Source: a virus
IMG/VR virus record: IMGVR_UViG_3300050034_000403
Span: 1 to 64,000 of that record
Reading direction: 5' to 3' (one strand)
DNA length: 64,000 bases
Below, in pieces: positions 47,444 to 58,011 of the stretch. The notes beneath the pieces were generated by a model, which saw only the letters and a program-made list of their open reading frames with translations, ran no database searches and had not been told where the DNA came from. Within the stretch, counting starts at the first letter, position 1, and every line of letters begins with the position of its first letter. The translations under genes and the position numbers were made by a program.

Positions 47444-47513
47444 GAGTAGATTCTACTCACCAGCCTGAGTAGAATCTACTCAGCACTACCACCATTTGAG
47501 TCGAGCCGACTCA
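47443..47513. promoter_or_regulatory. Three tandem 17-bp palindromic operators TGAGTAGA-W-TCTACTCA
   Basis: 47443-47459, 47466-47482 (perfect), 47497-47513 (degenerate). Confidence 0.7.
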
Positions 47514-47576
47514 GCATGCCATAAACAATGCACACCGCAGTTCGTAAGCTGGCAGCTTATATCGTGCAGCACCGCG

Positions 47577-47894
47577 TTACTCATCCCATGAATCTGCAAA
47601 ACCAATAGCCCCATACCCGTCTATCGTAATAATGAAAAGGTCCTGCCACCCAATGCGCGGATCACCATCCTTGCTGTACCGCCTTGCATGTATCGCATCA
47701 GGAGCAACATCGATGAAATGAGCAAGATCCTGTGCAATATGCCGCTTCACATCATCCACACTCGCAAACGTCCGAACCGTCTCCATCGACTCTGCCAAAC
47801 CACCACGATGAAACCTAAAACGTATTCCCACTTCCCCACCCCTCCTAACACCGCAGCGCATAAACTGACAACTCCTATCCTGCCACATACGCAA
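47577..47894 (-). CDS. Hypothetical protein (start uncertain)
   Basis: RFHRGGLAESM.TV...D.RIGW...I...G..GF motif seen in phage proteins. Confidence 0.5.
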   Translation of the reverse strand: MRMWQDRSCQFMRCGVRRGGEVGIRFRFHRGGLAESMETVRTFASVDDVKRHIAQDLAHFIDVAPDAIHARRYSKDGDPRIGWQDLFIITIDGYGAIGFADSWDE

Positions 47895-48864
47895 CGCTCA
47901 AGCATATCAACTTTGCGCTTCCGTTGCGCTCTATCCACTACGCTACCTAAATTTTCATAGATTTTCCTTTGCGCTTCCGTTGCGCTTCTAGCTTCGGAAT
48001 TTCTATATTTTTTCCGGGTGAGGGCTAAGGCGTCATAGACGTCGGGCCACCCCCCCAGCCCGGACAACTAAGGAAACGCGCGCGACTATAGACGCGACAA
48101 TTGACTAGGATCTACCACCGCCGGCAGCATTGCGCAGACCGGCCGGCAGGCCACCGCCGCTAAATCTGTAGAATTGGCGACAGACTACCACCCCGGACAG
48201 CCACACACCCCTGAAACTGGCCTACAGACGGCTCTAGAGCACTGCTAGAGGCGCTAGGTGCGCTCTGTAGCGCCATTGCCGCGCCAGCCTATGCGCGCAC
48301 CCGTGGCAGGCCGCACAGCGCTTGCATTGCGCCTGTTTACGCGTTTTGATAGGGGCCCATGAATCTTGGATAGGCGAGCAAAGGCTTTGTTCCTCCCATC
48401 ATGTATTGCGCCTTTTGCGCCTGTTGCCCTGTACCGCCGCACACAGAGAACCGGCATTTTGCCGCTTTGCCGGTAGCGCAGAGTATCGCACCAAACCCGC
48501 ATAGGCGTTAGGCTTGCGGCTCTTATGCTTGCACCACGCTGGTATACGTACGCCAACTAAATCGAAACGAATCGTCACAGCACAACGATTTATACTTGCA
48601 ATGCTGTTACGTTTCGGGCATAGTAATAACAGCACGGGAGACGACACACAATGACGGCACAGGGAATCATGCAGAACGTACGAATCTTGGAATACCTGAA
48701 GAAAGAGGTTCGCATCCTCACCAACCGCACGTCGCGTGACCAATCACTGTATGACGCTATCCGCATTGTGAGCGGCGTTACTCGCGGAAACCTTTAACCA
48801 ATGCGCCCGCTCGTGGGCATGGTACGCGAGCAAGAATCTACAAGGCACACGGGAGAGAGACACA

Positions 48865-49389
48865 ATGCTTACACCTGAACCTGATACCAAACTGACGTTG
48901 ATTAACAGCAAAGGGCGCATTGTCGCCTATGCGTTTCCGTGCCGTGTTGAGGCGTTTGCTTCCGATTTTAACTATCGGCTGGAGAATGGCGCGGGTTGCG
49001 GCTGTGACAAGGAATGTTTGTTTAAGGCGTTCGCGTATGTTTGGTTAGACGCAACGTCCTGCAATGCTTCGGGACCGCTTGCGGCGGAATGGGTCGAGTA
49101 CATGAAAACCAAACTGCGCGACACTAAACGGTTTCCGGTCGTCATTCTTGAACGGAAGGAACAGAGCGCAAACACGGAAGAGCGCAAGGTAAAAATCGTT
49201 GCGCAGTTTGGGCCGGAGTACAGCTTTGTGTCTGACAGCCAAGATACAGCGCCGATCAAGGAATCTGTACCGGACGCGAAAAACTATGATGCGTTCTTTG
49301 TGTTGTCGGGAGACGGCGAGTATACGGCAGTTTGGGGCATGGTTGGGATTGTCCCGTACCGCTCGAAGCTTGTAACGCGGCTGCTGTAA
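48865..49389 (+). CDS. Hypothetical early protein
   Basis: GGGAG SD; near start of plus-strand early cluster. Confidence 0.55.
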   Translation: MLTPEPDTKLTLINSKGRIVAYAFPCRVEAFASDFNYRLENGAGCGCDKECLFKAFAYVWLDATSCNASGPLAAEWVEYMKTKLRDTKRFPVVILERKEQSANTEERKVKIVAQFGPEYSFVSDSQDTAPIKESVPDAKNYDAFFVLSGDGEYTAVWGMVGIVPYRSKLVTRLL

Positions 49390-49464
49390 TCAACGCGCCC
49401 GCTCGCACACAGCGCAAACTATCACGCACGACTAACAGAGGCAAAGCCTCAAGGACACAAGGCA

Positions 49465-49830
49465 ATGGCATACGAAACGGCAGAGCAACTTGCAGCGGTA
49501 CAGGCATGGGCAAAGCAGCACGGGCGCACGTGGAAAGCGGCATTGCGCGCGGCATGGGCGAGCGGAGACTATCAGGGTTTCGACGGCGCGCCGCTTTTGC
49601 AGCAACTACGAAACGCGTTTGGGCCGTCGTGGCTTTTGTCGTTTCGTTTGCCGGTTGACGCGCCCGCGCCGGTAGATCCTGCCCGCGTGAAGTGGATGGA
49701 GTCCATCTTGGCGAACGATACGCGCTCAACAGACTATGAGCTGGGGCTGTTTTTCATCGCGCATGCCGTGCCGGAAGCCATGGCGAAAAGTTACATTGCG
49801 CATCGTACCGATTACCGCAACTCGCTCTAG
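49465..49830 (+). CDS. Hypothetical early protein
   Basis: HGR.WK..L..AW..G....LQQLRN.FGP.WL motif found in mobile elements. Confidence 0.6.
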   Translation: MAYETAEQLAAVQAWAKQHGRTWKAALRAAWASGDYQGFDGAPLLQQLRNAFGPSWLLSFRLPVDAPAPVDPARVKWMESILANDTRSTDYELGLFFIAHAVPEAMAKSYIAHRTDYRNSL

Positions 49831-49866
49831 GGCGCATAGCAGGCCATAGGCCAAGGATTACGAATT

Positions 49867-50091
49867 ATGCCTTACACAGATGCAGAGCGGGTTATCGTAC
49901 AGCGGCGCATTTTCGGCTGCACGTCTGAAGAGCTGGAAACCATCGTAGATGCGCAGCATCCGCGCTTAGAGATTGCACTCTCTGTGCTGTCGGACGCGCA
50001 AGAGCTGATACGGCGCGGGCAGGCGGAGAGCGCACGGCAAGCCATTAACAGAGCAAAATACATGATCAACGCGGCGGAGCACAGAGCATGA
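49867..50091 (+). CDS. Hypothetical protein
   Basis: S.LSDAQE.I......ARQ.IN.AKY motif; AAGGA SD. Confidence 0.55.
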   Translation: MPYTDAERVIVQRRIFGCTSEELETIVDAQHPRLEIALSVLSDAQELIRRGQAESARQAINRAKYMINAAEHRA

Positions 50092-50403
50092 GCGAAACGG
50101 AAAAAGCCGTGGTTGCCTTATGGCGCAAGGGCCGCACTTCGCAAGACATTGCGCGAGAGACGGGTATCCCGCTCTATCGCGTGCGCGCCATCCTTGCCGA
50201 TCTTGCAGCGATTCTTTAATCGCGCAAAAACGCTTGGCGCATAAGGTCGCGGACAAGTGGGCAAAAGAAGCGTACTAATACTCGCCGGGATACGTCCCGG
50301 CATTACTTTTGCACATAATCTGTTACGGCATTACGATTTATAGTTGCAATGCCGTAACTATCATGATAGGGTTATATCAGTTCAGGAGAGAGAGGAACAC
50401 ACA

Positions 50404-50604
50404 ATGAGCACGGAAAAAGGTTTGTGCGGTTACGTTTGTTTTTATCAGGGAAAGCGCGTGGAAGTCTACGCGGAATCAATGCTTGCAGCACAGAAGCTTG
50501 TGGCGGCGCAATTGCAAGTGCCTGCCAGAAAGCAGTATTTAATCTCTGTGAATCTTTGCGAGCGCGAAGACGGCTCGGACGTGATTCATACGGCAACGTT
50601 CTAA
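50404..50604 (+). CDS. Hypothetical protein
   Basis: GAGG SD; GY..FY.GKR.EVYA.....AQ motif. Confidence 0.6.
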   Translation: MSTEKGLCGYVCFYQGKRVEVYAESMLAAQKLVAAQLQVPARKQYLISVNLCEREDGSDVIHTATF

Positions 50605-50714
50605 GACGGGTTTTTCCCGTCTACGTGGTAATCGGTCCACGTGCTGAATGAGCGCAAGTCAGAGACTTTAAGCGCGAAACGGGAACCTAGTTCCGAGTCC
50701 TATAGGGGGACAGA

Positions 50715-51662
50715 ATGAACAACTTTGCACACAATTTTTCTATCGGCGCGGCAATCAATCCTAGCGTAGCTCTTCGCCTGCAGAACCCACTTTCCATGGA
50801 TGAATTGCGCCATTACGCGCCTAGCGCGTTCGCCACTTCCGCGCATGAATCCCGCTCTGCCCGCTATACCTATATTCCCACGTCAGACGTTATTGACGGC
50901 CTTATGAAAGAGGGTTTCCAGCCCTTCAAGGCTACGCAAGGCCGCTCGCGTGTCGCGGGCAAGGCCGAATACACAAAGCATATGATTCGCTTCCGTCACC
51001 CCGATTCTTTCTCCGCAATTCAGAAAGTCGGCGATTCCGTTCCCGAAGTCGTGCTTGTGAACAGCCACGACGGCACGAGCGCGTATAAATTGAGCGCCGG
51101 TCTTTTCCGTCTCGTTTGCTCGAATGGCCTTATGGTTTCAGATTCCACGGTTGAAATGCTCTCCATCCAGCATAAGGGCGACATTGTTCGCGATGTGATT
51201 GAAGGATCTTTTCAGATTGTCGGCCAGAGCGAAAAAGCGCTCGCGCGCGCCGATGAATGGAATCAGTTGCAACTCACGGCAGGCGAGCAAGGCGCATTCG
51301 CCGATGCGGCGCGCCAGCTTCGCTTTGCCGATGTAGAGGGCAAGATTGCAACGCCGATTACCGCCGAGCAACTTCTTCGCCCGCGTCGTGAGGCAGATGC
51401 TACCGGCCTGATCAACTGGCGCACCCCTACCGCGCCGAAACCGGACCTCTGGCACACTCTGAACGTCGTACAGGAAAACGTTGTGCGCGGCGGCCTGCAT
51501 GGCATGCAGCACGGCACAGACCCGCAGACCGGCCGCCGCACCATGCGCCGCGTTACGACGCGCGAGGTTCGCGGCATCGATCAAGATGTACGCCTGAACA
51601 GAGCTTTGTGGCAACTGGCGGAACGCATGGCGGAGCTGAAGGGCGCGGCTGTAGCTGCCTAG
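50715..51662 (+). CDS. DUF932/DUF945 family protein
   Basis: HESRS.RY.YIPT; TKHMIRFR; NSHDG.S.Y....G.FR.VC.NG; DLW...N.VQEN...GG; LNRALW. Confidence 0.9.
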   Translation: MNNFAHNFSIGAAINPSVALRLQNPLSMDELRHYAPSAFATSAHESRSARYTYIPTSDVIDGLMKEGFQPFKATQGRSRVAGKAEYTKHMIRFRHPDSFSAIQKVGDSVPEVVLVNSHDGTSAYKLSAGLFRLVCSNGLMVSDSTVEMLSIQHKGDIVRDVIEGSFQIVGQSEKALARADEWNQLQLTAGEQGAFADAARQLRFADVEGKIATPITAEQLLRPRREADATGLINWRTPTAPKPDLWHTLNVVQENVVRGGLHGMQHGTDPQTGRRTMRRVTTREVRGIDQDVRLNRALWQLAERMAELKGAAVAA

Positions 51663-51739
51663 CTCGCACGTATCGGGCAGGCGCAATGCCTGCCCATTTT
51701 CTTTATCGATCACAGCCACAACATTCAAAGGATGCGCCC

Positions 51740-52546
51740 ATGTTCAGGATTGAATTCCATCTTAGCTATCAAGACGAAGTTTGCTACGACGTTTTAGGCC
51801 ACGACACAATTAGGCAGATTGAGGCATACTCCGCCCCACAGCATACGCTCGATTACATGCGCACCACGTTCAACCATAACGGGGATGCAACGGCATTCGA
51901 GCGCAACATTTTGAGCCGTCAAGGTGGCGCGGTGATTCGCGCTGTTTACGGTGACCACGAAAGTTATCCCTATCGTTGGACGCCGGAAGCGTACGCGCTT
52001 TTCGTGGGCGAGCTGTACCGCATGCGCGCCGATTATATGGCCGATTACGCGCTCAAAGTCGAAAAGTATGGTCTTGCCGACTGGGGCGAACCCGCGCCCA
52101 TGCGCCCGGTTCCGCGCCCTATTTACTTTGATAGGAGCATGGAACAAAACCGCTTTCAGGTCGAGCCGTGGTTTAACTCTGCCGTCTCTGCCAGCATCAA
52201 AAACGCGATTATTCTTGCGGAACGTATGCGCGCCTATGACGCGATTCAAGGGCCGCGCGTTGGCGATTGGCTGGACACTCCCAAGGGGCAATTCAGGATT
52301 GCGTACCGTATGACGGATGCAGTCCAGCCCACCATGTACACGGCCGAAGAGAATCAAGGCTTTTACTTGGGCGGCGCTATTTCCTATAGCGGTAGCCTAG
52401 ACGAGCCCGTCCAGCTCGACCGCCTGCAGCCCACGGAAGAAAAGCGCGCGGCGCTTGTTTGGTTTTTCAGCGAGAATGACGTGCGCGCGCATAACAGCGT
52501 TTATCAGAAGGCCGATTTTCGCGTCTTCCGTTTGATCGGAGAGTAA
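51740..52546 (+). CDS. Hypothetical protein, C-terminal DUF4121-like
   Basis: GPRVGD, FYLG...SYSG, VWFF....RAHN.V. Confidence 0.5.
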   Translation: MFRIEFHLSYQDEVCYDVLGHDTIRQIEAYSAPQHTLDYMRTTFNHNGDATAFERNILSRQGGAVIRAVYGDHESYPYRWTPEAYALFVGELYRMRADYMADYALKVEKYGLADWGEPAPMRPVPRPIYFDRSMEQNRFQVEPWFNSAVSASIKNAIILAERMRAYDAIQGPRVGDWLDTPKGQFRIAYRMTDAVQPTMYTAEENQGFYLGGAISYSGSLDEPVQLDRLQPTEEKRAALVWFFSENDVRAHNSVYQKADFRVFRLIGE

Positions 52547-52551
52547 CGGCT

Positions 52552-52788
52552 ATGTACACAACTTTTGAAGATGAGCGCGCGGTATACGTTGCCGCGAACG
52601 GTGAAGCGCTGGTAACGGCAACGATCAACGGCAAGCGCGAGTATGTTGCCGCAACGAAAGACGGCTATCGCACCGATTATCCGCTCAACTATGGTAACGG
52701 GCAAGTGGGATGGGATAACCCGGAATGGTTCACGGATGGATTCAAGAAGCATGCGCGCGCGGCGATTCTCGCCGGAAAGGGGCTCTAG
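52552..52788 (+). CDS. Hypothetical protein
   Basis: GGAG SD, operon context. Confidence 0.5.
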   Translation: MYTTFEDERAVYVAANGEALVTATINGKREYVAATKDGYRTDYPLNYGNGQVGWDNPEWFTDGFKKHARAAILAGKGL

Positions 52789-53226
52789 ATGGGTTATTGC
52801 TACAGTCAAAGCGGCCGTTTGTTGTGCGACTATTGCGGCGCAGAAGGCGCGAGAAAGTATCGGTGCCCGTTTGAATGGTGCCAACCCGTCGCGGCCTGTC
52901 CAGCTTGCCGCAAGAATCACGCGGAACACTTCGGGCGCGCGGCTCACCGTGAGAACGGATGCGAAAAAAGGCATCTGCAATTTGCCGCTGAACTGGCGGA
53001 GCGCGCGGCGGCAATCGCTGCAGGCGAGTTTGTTCTTTCCGCTGGCCTGACCGCTGGAAACGATATGGTTCACGCCCTTTTTCACAGCGCCACCGGCGAA
53101 AAAGGTAAACTGATTCCACGCGCAATTTATGCGCAACGCGAGAGTTTTTCCGGCTGCATGACCATTGGAAAGTTCGAAGAGCTGGCCGGGCATGCTTTGC
53201 CCGATGCGCCTGCGAGTTTTCACTAA
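52789..53226 (+). CDS. Cys-rich hypothetical protein
   Basis: LCDYCG...CP..WC....C..C. Confidence 0.55.
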   Translation: MGYCYSQSGRLLCDYCGAEGARKYRCPFEWCQPVAACPACRKNHAEHFGRAAHRENGCEKRHLQFAAELAERAAAIAAGEFVLSAGLTAGNDMVHALFHSATGEKGKLIPRAIYAQRESFSGCMTIGKFEELAGHALPDAPASFH

Positions 53227-53833
53227 CGTGATTGTTTACGTCGATCATGTTGACGGTTTTTTCAACGGTATGGTTTGGTGCAGGCGCAAGGATGGCACGC
53301 CGATACTGCTAGAGATTGAGGATTACCAGAGTCTAGCGTCTCTAGTGGGCAAAGTTATATCTGTCGGAGTGGCGCCCGATGGCTTGAGTACGTTTGACCC
53401 TTGCGTGTTGGATACGTTGCCCGAGTGGGCGCAACGTTGGGCAGCGAGATAACCGGCCCGCCCGTGGGCATAGAGTACGCGGGCAAGGATGGCAGCATGC
53501 TGAACACTGAAACCAATACCCCGGCGATGGAAGCGCGCATTTTGCGCGCAGTGAATACGCAATTGGTGAACCCGGCCCGCTCCTACGTGGAATTCAGCGC
53601 AGTTTTCGAGCATGGCCAGTGGTGGATTACGCATCTACCGAGTGGCGCGCAGTGGTCTGTCTGCGATGCGTCCGGCCCGAATGGATTCGACTTCGAGCAG
53701 GTAACGCTCGGGAGCGAAGAGTAGGCGCATAGTCCAGATTCCGGACTCGCTTATGATAGCGGTCACTTTTTTGATAGGTGCCCAAACTTTTCACCTTTAG
53801 CGGCGGCACAGCCGCAAGAATGGAGCTTTCACC

Positions 53834-54145
53834 ATGGCACAGGAACCGAAACAGATTATCGCAATTCCGGAGTTGGACAGCGCGGCAGGCGCGGCACAGA
53901 TGGAAATCAGCACCGAAAAGTATGACGACGGCCGCCTTGTTTCCGCCGCTCACCTGCATTTTGTGAAAGATGGCTCACTCACGTTTAGAGTGTACGGCGA
54001 TTTTCGTAAGGTCCTTTTGCGCACCGTTGCCCGCGCAACGCAGAAGAATCTGAACACGCAACACGCCAGCGTGTTCACGCCTGCAGCCATCGACGCATTG
54101 AAAGCGGAAGCGCTCGCCTTCTACGCCGAAAAGAGGAAAAAGTGA
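53834..54145 (+). CDS. Hypothetical protein
   Basis: Follows boundary motif; GGAG SD. Confidence 0.55.
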   Translation: MAQEPKQIIAIPELDSAAGAAQMEISTEKYDDGRLVSAAHLHFVKDGSLTFRVYGDFRKVLLRTVARATQKNLNTQHASVFTPAAIDALKAEALAFYAEKRKK

Positions 54146-54277
54146 AAATTCAAGCTTTGCGCTTTGGCTTGCCTCTTTCCATTGCGCTGTACGCGCTAGG
54201 CTATGTCCTAGTCCGGCATTTTCTCCAGCACTAGCACCCTGCCCGCCCGTGGGCAGATACGCGGGCATAGAGGGAGC

Positions 54278-54547
54278 ATGAAAGCTCATTTTAACTACCC
54301 TGTGGAATTCCAGACACACCCCGATTACAGGGCACATTCCGGACAAGTCGTGGAAATTGTGCGTGCACTAAGCAGATTAGAAGCAGACTTTCATGACGAC
54401 CCGCAACTTGAACGCATGTTCAAAATTCGCGCGGCCGATGGATGGCAGGGCGATGCTTTTGAAAGCGAACTTTCGCGCCCGAAGAATATCACGGTGAAAG
54501 AGTTTGCAAAATTCTGCGATGGCCTTGTCAGAGACGCAGCGAAGTAA
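54278..54547 (+). CDS. Hypothetical SH3-like protein
   Basis: GQVVEIVR.L...MFKIR.ADG...DAF..EL; GGGAG SD. Confidence 0.55.
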   Translation: MKAHFNYPVEFQTHPDYRAHSGQVVEIVRALSRLEADFHDDPQLERMFKIRAADGWQGDAFESELSRPKNITVKEFAKFCDGLVRDAAK

Positions 54548-54813
54548 CAGCTCCGCCCGTGGGCTAGTACGCGGGCAAGGAACGGCGATGTATAACGACA
54601 CGGTTTTACTCCTTGCTCTAGGCGTTGTGGGTTTTTGGTGCTGGCGACTGGACGAGCATCTGCACACGACAAAAGAAAGCATTCTCGAACGCTTGGACGA
54701 GCTGGAAAAGCAACTCAAGGAAAGCCGGAAAGCGTAATCTAACAGAGTCCAGATTCCAGACTTTGATAGGCAACAGATTTTTAACGGCGGCACAGCCGCA
54801 AGGAGAAAAGAGT

Positions 54814-55266
54814 ATGTCTGCATTTATGGTCAGCAAAGAACACATTGACGCAATTATTGCCGTAGTGGCACAGGGTCCGGCACAGTCGGAACAAGACCGG
54901 CAGCAGTGGGAAGATTCCATGAAATACGGTATTCTCCCGGACTCTTCAGATCCGCTTGGCGAGTTGGGAAATACGCTCATCCGCGAGAATCTGGCCAGCA
55001 TCAATGCGCGCTATCCCGATACGGTTAACCACCCCGAGCGCGTACCCGGCCCGTGTGAGCCTTATTGGCTGGTCCCGTACGTCTTCCACAGCCCGAAGCG
55101 CATCCCTACCGTTGTTGAGGCATTCAAGCTGATTCATTCCTATCAGTATCAGAGCTGCGAACATAACGGTTGGGAAACCTCGCAGGCAAAGCGCACTTGT
55201 GAAAAGTTGATTAACCTCTTGATTATGGCGCTGCCCGGCTACAAAAGCGCCAAGTGGGAAATCTAG
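54814..55266 (+). CDS. Hypothetical protein
   Basis: MSAF.VS..HID; L..EN..S..ARY; Y.YQSCE...W..S.A motif family of mobile elements. Confidence 0.65.
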   Translation: MSAFMVSKEHIDAIIAVVAQGPAQSEQDRQQWEDSMKYGILPDSSDPLGELGNTLIRENLASINARYPDTVNHPERVPGPCEPYWLVPYVFHSPKRIPTVVEAFKLIHSYQYQSCEHNGWETSQAKRTCEKLINLLIMALPGYKSAKWEI

Positions 55267-55334
55267 GCATATTTGATAGGCGACCAATTCACGCGTAACA
55301 GTCGGGTTTTTCCCCGGCAGAATCGAGGAGCACC

Positions 55335-55733
55335 ATGGAATTTCAATTAAAAATCGAATTAGGCAATGACGCCATGCAGACGGCTGACGACATTCGCGCA
55401 GCCGTAAAGGACGTGGCCAAGTATCTCAAGGATTGGCGCCCCGGCGAGCTGCCCGAAGCTGGGGACAATGCGCCTATCCGCGACGTAAACGGGAACACTG
55501 TGGGCGGGTGGGAGATAGTCAAGCACGCGCCCGCGTCTAATCCGCTCGAAGATCCAAGCAACCTGGCCACCGTTCTAGCTGCCTTGCGCCTGTTCCAACG
55601 CACCTATGACGGCTACGCCGCAAAGCACATCTATGATGCGTTCCCGGATCACTTCACGGCCGCCGACGGCAGCACTATCGAGCCGCTTAGCACCGATGAC
55701 ATTGACGCGCTTTGTGTGGATCTGAACGCGTAA
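55335..55733 (+). CDS. Hypothetical protein
   Basis: GAGGAG SD; IRDVNGNTVG and T.LAALR motifs. Confidence 0.6.
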   Translation: MEFQLKIELGNDAMQTADDIRAAVKDVAKYLKDWRPGELPEAGDNAPIRDVNGNTVGGWEIVKHAPASNPLEDPSNLATVLAALRLFQRTYDGYAAKHIYDAFPDHFTAADGSTIEPLSTDDIDALCVDLNA

Positions 55734-56053
55734 ACTTGCCCTTTTGATAGGCGACCAACTTTTTCCAACTATCCGGAATTTCCGGAGGCATGAGGTAACA
55801 CAATGAAAACGAAAACCTATGTTTTTTCTGTGACTCTGAAAGGCAAAGGCGACAACCCGGACGACGCCTGGAAGGATGCAGTCGACGCATTTTCACTCGA
55901 CGCCGGCATTACGCCCGACGCCTACGAAGAAGAGGACGAAGACAGCGACGACGACGAAGACAGCTAGCGCACCCCATTTGATAGGGGACACTTTTTTCAT
56001 GACAATCACGATTTTTTAGCAGGGGCTCAGCCCCAAGAATGGAAGAAAACACC

Positions 56054-57049
56054 ATGGCAACCATGACCATGCCCGCCGTCCGCACCGCCACCACCCCCAC
56101 CAGCAAACTCGTTATCCGTTTCCGCACCTGGGCCGATGCCCTGCAGCCGAAGATCGAGCACGCAGGCCGACCGATGACGCAGAACCCGACGCCGAAGCGT
56201 CAACGGGAATATCAGGGCCGGATGCACGATTGCCGCAACCTGGAGCGCACACAGCGGGCACTGCGCGCCCTGGCCGATGCGCTCGAAGCCGGAACGGTTC
56301 CGCCCGAGCTGGCCGCGCTTACCAAGAAAGCTGAAATTGAACACATGGTGCATAAGGGAATCGATTGCGGCAGGGGCGGCTATTATTCCGTGATGGAATC
56401 GGACGACTACGCCGAGACTTCGCCAGCGGCGCGGCTCCTGCAAGGCATGATCGAGGGCAATTCCGCCGAGCGCACCGAACGCGAACGGCTGCGCAAGATT
56501 GACGCGCTCGCGGCCGAAATCAAGCTCAGTAGCTACCCTGGCTATTTCCCCACGCAGAAACCCGTGATTGAAATCATGCTGCGCCGTGCGCACATTCAGC
56601 CCGGCATGAGGGTATTAGAGCCGGAAGCCGGTAGCGGAGACATTGCCGATGGCGTGAGCGCGGCGGTCCCTGGCGTCATTTTGGAAGTGATCGAGCCGGT
56701 TTTCAAGCTCCGCGAGCTGCTGGAGCTGAAGGGCTACAAGCTGGTAGGCGAGGACCTGATGCAGCTTTCACGCTCCGAGCTGGGCCAGTATGACCGCATT
56801 GTTATGAACCCGCCTTTTGAGCGGCAGCAAGACCTCGACCACATCCGCCGCGCCTACAATCTGCTCGCCCCGCGCGGTATCCTGGTCTCTGTCTTGAGTC
56901 CAAGTTTTGAATTCCGCTCAGACCGCAAGAGCACCGATTTTCGCGCGTGGCTGGATGAGGTAAGCGCCACGTGGGAAAACCTGCCCGAAGGATCTTTCAA
57001 GGCCAGCGGTACAGGCGTCAGCACGCGGCTTTTAGTCGTTGAGCGATAG
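56054..57049 (+). CDS. SAM-dependent (probable DNA adenine) methyltransferase
   Basis: YFPT, VLEP.AG.G.IA, D.IVMNPPF, LP.G.F..SGT.V. Confidence 0.85.
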   Translation: MATMTMPAVRTATTPTSKLVIRFRTWADALQPKIEHAGRPMTQNPTPKRQREYQGRMHDCRNLERTQRALRALADALEAGTVPPELAALTKKAEIEHMVHKGIDCGRGGYYSVMESDDYAETSPAARLLQGMIEGNSAERTERERLRKIDALAAEIKLSSYPGYFPTQKPVIEIMLRRAHIQPGMRVLEPEAGSGDIADGVSAAVPGVILEVIEPVFKLRELLELKGYKLVGEDLMQLSRSELGQYDRIVMNPPFERQQDLDHIRRAYNLLAPRGILVSVLSPSFEFRSDRKSTDFRAWLDEVSATWENLPEGSFKASGTGVSTRLLVVER

Positions 57050-57425
57050 GAGACTCATGGGCTACGCGCAGGCGATGAAATGGCAACGCACCCACCGCAA
57101 GGGAACTCGGCAGCCGGTTCTGATGTCCACCGGCTCCGGGTTCTGGCCCGCTCATTCCTGGCTGGAAAGAATCTTCTGGCCATACCTCAAACGGTGCGAG
57201 GCGGCTGGTATCGAGCCGATGGAATGCCAAGCCTATTACAATGCAACGCTCAGCGGCGGCGCAGGCGACCCGCGCCTCTCTGAACAGGATTAACACCCCA
57301 TTTTGATAGGGGACACTTTTTTCACGCATAGACGCGTTTTTAACTAGGACCCAGCCCTAGCCCAAACGTATAACCAAATTTATGCTCAAATGGGTGCTAT
57401 AGTTGGTTCACGGAGGAAACAAGGC

Positions 57426-57623
57426 ATGAGAGCAACCGTATCCCTTGACGACAATCTGTTACGAACAGCAGAAGAGTACAGCGGCTTGACAGAAAGGGCA
57501 GCATTGATTCGCGCCGCATTAAAGTCACTGATTGCGAGAGAAGCCGGTCGTAGACTTTTGGCTTTGGCCGGAACCGCCCCGGACATTGAGGACGTGCGGA
57601 GATTGCGAGTAGCTGAACAGTGA
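57426..57623 (+). CDS. vapB: VapB antitoxin
   Basis: MR.TV.LDD.LL..A....G..E...L.R.AL..LI.RE..RRL..L.GT. Confidence 0.85.
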   Translation: MRATVSLDDNLLRTAEEYSGLTERAALIRAALKSLIAREAGRRLLALAGTAPDIEDVRRLRVAEQ

Positions 57624-57991
57624 TTCTCGCAGACACTTCAATCTGGATAGCCATGTTTCGAACTGGCGCTTACAGTGCAGAGCTGCACACATTGATTGCC
57701 AATGATCAACTCTGCACGCACCCTTTTTTGATTGCGGAGCTAGCACTCGGCACATTGCCAGAACGCAAAAAGACACTGGCGTATCTTGACCAGCTAATTT
57801 CTATTCCTCCCGTGCAATTGGAGGACATTCGGTACATGATCGAGGCACGGGGATTTGCTTCAAAGGGAATCGGCTTAACGGATGCGCATTTAATTGCATC
57901 TTGTTTGGCAATTCCGGGAACTCTGCTTTGGACTCTTGATCGCAAACTGGGCAATGTCGCTGAATCTCTGAACATTCGCGCTACTCTCTAA
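57620..57991 (+). CDS. vapC: VapC PIN-domain toxin
   Basis: ILADTSIWI, HP...ELALG, GIG.TDAHL.AS, LWTLD. Confidence 0.9.
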   Translation: MILADTSIWIAMFRTGAYSAELHTLIANDQLCTHPFLIAELALGTLPERKKTLAYLDQLISIPPVQLEDIRYMIEARGFASKGIGLTDAHLIASCLAIPGTLLWTLDRKLGNVAESLNIRATL

Positions 57992-58011
57992 CACCCCAAG
58001 GAGCCAACACC

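Noticed and set aside
47900-48650. Possible replication origin or packaging site at the strand switch
   Set aside because: Largely non-coding, but no iterons or clear AT-rich unwinding element that I can support
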